Under the pieces are notes generated by a model, which searched no databases, had not been told where the DNA came from, and saw only the letters and a program-made list of their open reading frames with translations. The position numbers were made by a program, and so were the translations under genes. This document shows positions 59,330-64,000 of a stretch of 64,000 nt of DNA, piece after piece. Within the stretch, counting starts at the first letter, position 1. Every line of letters starts with the position of its first letter. This DNA comes from a virus, in the IMG/VR virus record IMGVR_UViG_3300043444_000523, positions 40,737 to 104,736 of that record. The stretch is one strand, 5' to 3'.

Positions 59330-62300
59330 ATGACCACGCAAGAGCAACGCGACCATGCACACAATCATTTCGGAAAGAACTTTGAATCACTTGCCAGATG
59401 CTCATGGAAAGTCGGGAACTGCTTAGAGTCCGGTTATCGGCTGTTTCGGTCGTCTTCTGGCATAGTGACAGAAGAAGATGTTGCGATTGCCAAACACCTG
59501 GACTATGGCCAGACGATGATTGTCAAGCGACTTGGCCATCGTGACATTCTTGTTGAGTACGAGAACGATTCGAGTGGGTGAGCCGCCCCGGCACGTTGCC
59601 GGGCGGCTGTGATCGAGGGGACGAGAGGGAGGTCGAGAAATGAAAAAAGTATCAGCCTACAAATTGGCCGCAAGAGACGAGGTACGCTCGTTGTTGAAAT
59701 ATCTCGACGACTATAACCACGTCTCTCGCAAACGCGTCATGGAGTTGATACTGGAATTGCGATTGGTAATCCGCCAAGCAAATAACGGTGCTTCGGGCGA
59801 ACTCGAAGATGGGTCTGACGACTATAATCCGTCTCTCAGTCAAGCCGAGGCAATCATGTGTATCCTCAACATGCTTGAGAGAGACAACGGAATTAAGGTT
59901 TCCACTTATGAAACCCTGGGCCGAATTGACTGGAAAATTCTTTCTCATGCACACTTGCACACCGCATAAGCCCCGCGAACGTTTCGCGGGCCGTTCGATG
60001 ACACGAGAGGAGCCAACCCATGAAGCAGCACGAAATCCAGGTCGGCGGATACTACGCCGCCAGCATCTCAGGCAAACTCGTCACCGTGCGCGTGGATGCG
60101 ATACGAAAAATCCAAGTTCCGTACAAAACTTTTTACGAACATGGACGCCCTCCAACGCACGAAGTTACTGGCTACGAAGTGACCAACACCGCGACCGGGC
60201 AGAAACTGGTGTTCCGGTCGGCGCAGAAGTTTCGGTACGCGGTTGCGTATTCCGGTAACGGCCACAAAGTTCAACCCCAGGAGACCAATGCAAACACTAC
60301 CACCTGATACGCCGTTCCCGCGCAGCAAACGGCCGCGCACGTCACGATACGCCGTGTTCCTTGACGGCCAGCAACGCCGGTTCGAACTGACCGGCAAGGG
60401 CGCGTCTGTTCGATCATCGCTGTGCCGGTTCGCGCGACGGCACGGAATGCGAGCGCGTGTGAATATCACGGACGGAGTTGTTACGGCTCAGTTTTACAAG
60501 AGGGAGGAGTAATTGTGAACGATGAACGTATCGAAAAAATGACACGAAAAATCGTGCTCGAATCTCTGAAATTGATCGACAAAACCACACGCGGCAAGAC
60601 CGGCCGCAGCCGTGGCCCATGTGGGGATGAATTCGCAGCACGCTTACACGATCTAATCAAGGCGGACTTGACTAAACTCTATGGGATCAGCCATGAAAGC
60701 CTCTGAATTAACCACTGACGACCTACGCCACAACAAGCGAAACCTCGAAACCGTGCTGAACACCGGCAAGTCGTTTCGCGGACAACCCATTGGCGATTAC
60801 GACCGCACACGGCTGGAACAGACGCTGGCGGCAATCAATGCTGAACTTGAACTGAGAGGAGTGACGAAGTGAAAACTTTCCCCAATCCCCAGGTCGGTGA
60901 CTTTGTGCTGGTCTACGAGGGCGACAAACTACACCGAGTTGCCGTCATTCGCAATGTAATCGAGCGGCTGATATGCACTGGGTTTTGCAATGACATTAAC
61001 GACACCAACCCTAAAGTTTTCATCGGATCGTTTTACAATTACTTCAATTTTCGGAAAACAAACGGCAATTGCACAACCGGCACGTATCGCGCTGTTCCAG
61101 CTACACGCTATGAAGCCGTCGCCGGATTCGCCGAACTGGAACGACTCGCGGCCGAAGATAAGCGACTGGCGGAAGAGAAAGAACGGCTTGAAGCCGAACA
61201 ACGGCAGGCTGAATACGACGCGATGCCAGAGAGCATCAAGCTCGCACGGCGGCTGCGATTCATCTCAAACATCATCAATGAATCCAAGCTCGCAACCGCG
61301 CCCATCGAGCACCTACGCGGGATGATCGAATGGGCGAACGCGAACAACATCGAAAAGGAGTGACACAGTGAAGATCAATGTGAAAAACGCCGAAAAGGTC
61401 GTGAAAGAGGCATTCTGGCTGGCATGGCAGGCCAGCAGGGTATTTGGGATGGGCCATCTCAAGGCAAGCCCAGGTGAGACCAAAGAGTCAGTATGGAAGA
61501 ATGTCAAAAACGCTGGCGAATATGGTGAGGGTGCGGCAGAACTCATGGGCTCAAACAAGACAGGAATGGCGTATGGCGATTACGTCTTTGGCCGAATGAT
61601 GAAGCTGCGTATCGAGTACGACCGCGATTCGATAACGGTGAGAGACGATATGCCAATTCCAGGCTATCAATCGTGGTGCAGCGTTTACAAGACGTATCAG
61701 GACTTAATTGAGGCCGCTAAGAAGTCTCTTGGACAGGAGTGATACACATGAAAACATAAATTCAAACAAGATGCAGTGATTGCAAAAACGTCCTGTTCAA
61801 AGTACAGGCGAGCAGGCTTGAGGATTTTCTTGGCCATCGTGTTTATCAATGCGAAAACTGCAAGCAGCAGTGGAAGTTCGTTAATGACGATCCTCCGTTC
61901 AGGACGGAAACAATAGCGTCAATGCCATTTGGCAGATAGGTTCCGATGTCTATTCCAAAACTTGAGCCCCACTGCGGCAGTTGGGTTATCTCACGCAGAT
62001 CAACAGGAGAGGTTATTGGTGAGTTTTTCGACCGCCGTATTGTCGAGCGATTTGACCAGTCCAAGTGTTTGATCGAAACAGCGGCACAATATCTTGGCCG
62101 CATCAACCTGTTATATTGGAAGCAAGAATTGTGCCCATCCGTATGATGGCACAGTTGCTGGTAGCGTAGCTTGAGTTCCTGAATTTACCATAACCAAGGA
62201 GAGACGATGAACCCGATTCTTGAAAGCACGTTGACGCAAATCCACCGACTCGAATCAAGTGCCAAGTCCGAAGGGGCTCCGGCACTGTTGATTTCGAGCG

Positions 62301-62894
62301 GCGAAGGGAAGATGAGCGGTAAAGAGCGAGCCGCATTCTGCAAGGGAGTTGCCTTCGGCCTCGGCATTATCCGAGAGCACATCGAAACGCTCCTGAAAGT
62401 CGCAGGTGGCCAGTGACCAAAGACATGATGATTGAGACTCCATACGGCAAGAAGCGATGGTCGTTTCTGAAGCGAGTTATGGATTGTCATAGTGATCTTG
62501 CCAAGGCTGTTGAAATGGTTCTTGACGCTGGAACTGACGACGGAGAAGAGAAGTCAGCCTCCGAAGTCGTGGACCTAATCGATTGGGACATGCTTCGTGA
62601 GGCACACGAGAAAGACAAAGGTGGCAATTGACCAAAGAAGAGTCCTATCGTCTTGAGCAGCATATTTGCCAGCTGCGCATTGCTGTCAGAGAGCTCGAAT
62701 GGCTCAGCAAAAGCAGCCATGAAGAGTTTTGGAAGCAAGACGATCTTGAGTCGGCAAAAACCATCGCTTCTGAATCCAGAAGCCTGATGAACAGGATTCT
62801 CTCAAGGAAGGGCGAGAAGTCATTGGCCATGTCGTACAAGGGAGACGACGGCAAGTATTACGAACCAGTTTTCGTGGAGGGCGCAAATGAGTGA
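59330..62894 (+). other. Array of about 12 small hypothetical genes (e.g. 59640-59969, 60020-60307, 60869-61363, 61368-61742, 62207-62416, 62628-62894)
   Basis: Dense co-oriented ORFs with RBSs. Confidence 0.65.
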
Positions 62895-63600
62895 TTCAAC
62901 GCAAATGGTAGCAACCAACCCGATCAATCTGATCCAGTTGGCTATCGAAAAGGGGCATGATCCAACCCAGATCATTGCCCTGTACGAACGCATGGAATCA
63001 GCCCGTGCTGCCGAAGAGTTTGGCAGGGCATTATCGAACTTCCAGCTTGAATGCCCGCCGATCCCGAAGTCTCGGCCTGTGAAAAACAGAGACGGCACTG
63101 ACAGGTATAAGTTTGCCGGATTCGAGGACATTGTGCCGATAGTCAGCCCGATCCTGACACGCAACAAAATCTCATACTCGTTCTCTGTGCCGAACACAAA
63201 GGACTTCTTTGAGATGTCGATGCGGATTCAGGTTGGCAATCACTATCGGGACATTCCTTACATGGCCCCGATGCCGGACCTTGATGCTTTGGCAAAAACC
63301 ATGTACTGCTCTCAGCCGCAGGCATTCATGGCGCTGAACTCTTACCACAAGAGGAACCTGTTCTGCAACGGATTCGGAATCGTCACAGTCGGCGAAGACA
63401 ACGACGCTGTTGGCTGCCCAGGAGAGCCGATCAGTGCCGATGAAATCGAAGGAATCAAGAAATCGCTTGCGGCAAAGAATGTGTCTCTTGAAAAGTTCCT
63501 TGCCTTTGCCCGTATGGAGTCGCTTGACCAACTGACAAAGAGCGAGTTGAAAAATGTGACTTGGGTGATCGGGAACCTCAGTAAGAAGGAGCAGAAATGA
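62887..63600 (+). CDS. ERF-family single-strand annealing protein
   Basis: ALSNFQLECPPIPKS...YKFAGFEDIV...SYHKRN...GIVTVGEDNDA. Confidence 0.8.
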   Translation: MSDSTQMVATNPINLIQLAIEKGHDPTQIIALYERMESARAAEEFGRALSNFQLECPPIPKSRPVKNRDGTDRYKFAGFEDIVPIVSPILTRNKISYSFSVPNTKDFFEMSMRIQVGNHYRDIPYMAPMPDLDALAKTMYCSQPQAFMALNSYHKRNLFCNGFGIVTVGEDNDAVGCPGEPISADEIEGIKKSLAAKNVSLEKFLAFARMESLDQLTKSELKNVTWVIGNLSKKEQK

Positions 63601-64000
63601 GCAAGATCATTCGTAGACCAGATAGGGCGGAAGGCGGCGTAACGGCAAAAGAAATAAAGGCCTTTTCCAAGCACTCAAAGAAGTGGATCGATATAGCATT
63701 ACGAACATCGCCAATTGACGATAAAAAGATCACCGCTGCAATTCGGGGTGTTTACAAAGCCTCCGGCCTAAAACAACCAAGGATAGTCATTGTTCCAAGT
63801 CCGCTTGTTATGGCATTTGCTGGAGGATTTGCTTCTGTTATTTGGATGTTAAGAAAAAATAGCGCTGCGACCTACGCTGCGGCCGACGCTGCGACCTACG
63901 CTGCGACCCGCGATGCGACCCGCGCTGCGACCTACGCTGCGACCGACGCTGCGACCCGCGCTGCGACCCGCGCTGCGACCTACGCTGCGACCGACGCTGC
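63597..64000 (+). CDS. DUF6745-like protein with tetrapeptide repeats (partial)
   Basis: ATGA-coupled; [12 protein letters not shown]...[18 protein letters not shown] then (AAT[Y/R/D])n; open at the window edge. Confidence 0.65.
   Translation, partial: MSKIIRRPDRAEGGVTAKEIKAFSKHSKKWIDIALRTSPIDDKKITAAIRGVYKASGLKQPRIVIVPSPLVMAFAGGFASVIWMLRKNSAATYAAADAATYAATRDATRAATYAATDAATRAATRAATYAATDA
63864..64000 (+). repeat. 12-bp coding tandem repeat, at least 11 units
   Basis: GCTGCGACC-(TAC/CGC/GAC). Confidence 0.95.

Overview
This window is a 64-kb piece of a large tailed dsDNA phage or prophage. The host is most likely a planctomycete, based on a planctomycete-type 'LEQLESR' signal peptide and a host-like ClpC N-domain. 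Bases 1-11.7 kb (minus strand) hold a head module: a 1479-aa DUF935/Mu-gp29-type portal with a long extension ending in an HExxH metallopeptidase, a ParB-N-like protein, a ~1470-aa Mu-gpI-like prohead protease polyprotein, and a scaffold. The giant head proteins are punctuated by recurring Tyr motifs (candidate cleavage sites), six copies of a ~21-aa RAPxGGI module, and several glycine-zipper peptides. Bases 12-37 kb hold methyltransferases, an intact IS605 (tnpA+tnpB), and a second tnpB bounded by perfect 24-bp terminal inverted repeats, with a related orphan end 14 kb away. This region also has terL next to an inverted 240-bp copy of its own 3' end, a circularly permuted tRNA-like (Y-RNA/YrlA-like) RNA, two sigma-like genes, terS and a ClpN-capsid-fragment fusion. 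Bases 37-64 kb (plus strand) hold early/replication-type genes: an XRE regulator, atypical tRNAs, a Ycf46-like AAA ATPase with Walker B before Walker A, an adenine MTase, beta-clamp-like, SMC-like and ERF proteins, and many small hypotheticals. A 23-bp palindrome (AATMGGCGCRANTYGCGCCKATT-like) occurs 11-12 times across the window, at stop codons and in frame inside genes. All family calls come from reading motifs by eye; no database searches were run.
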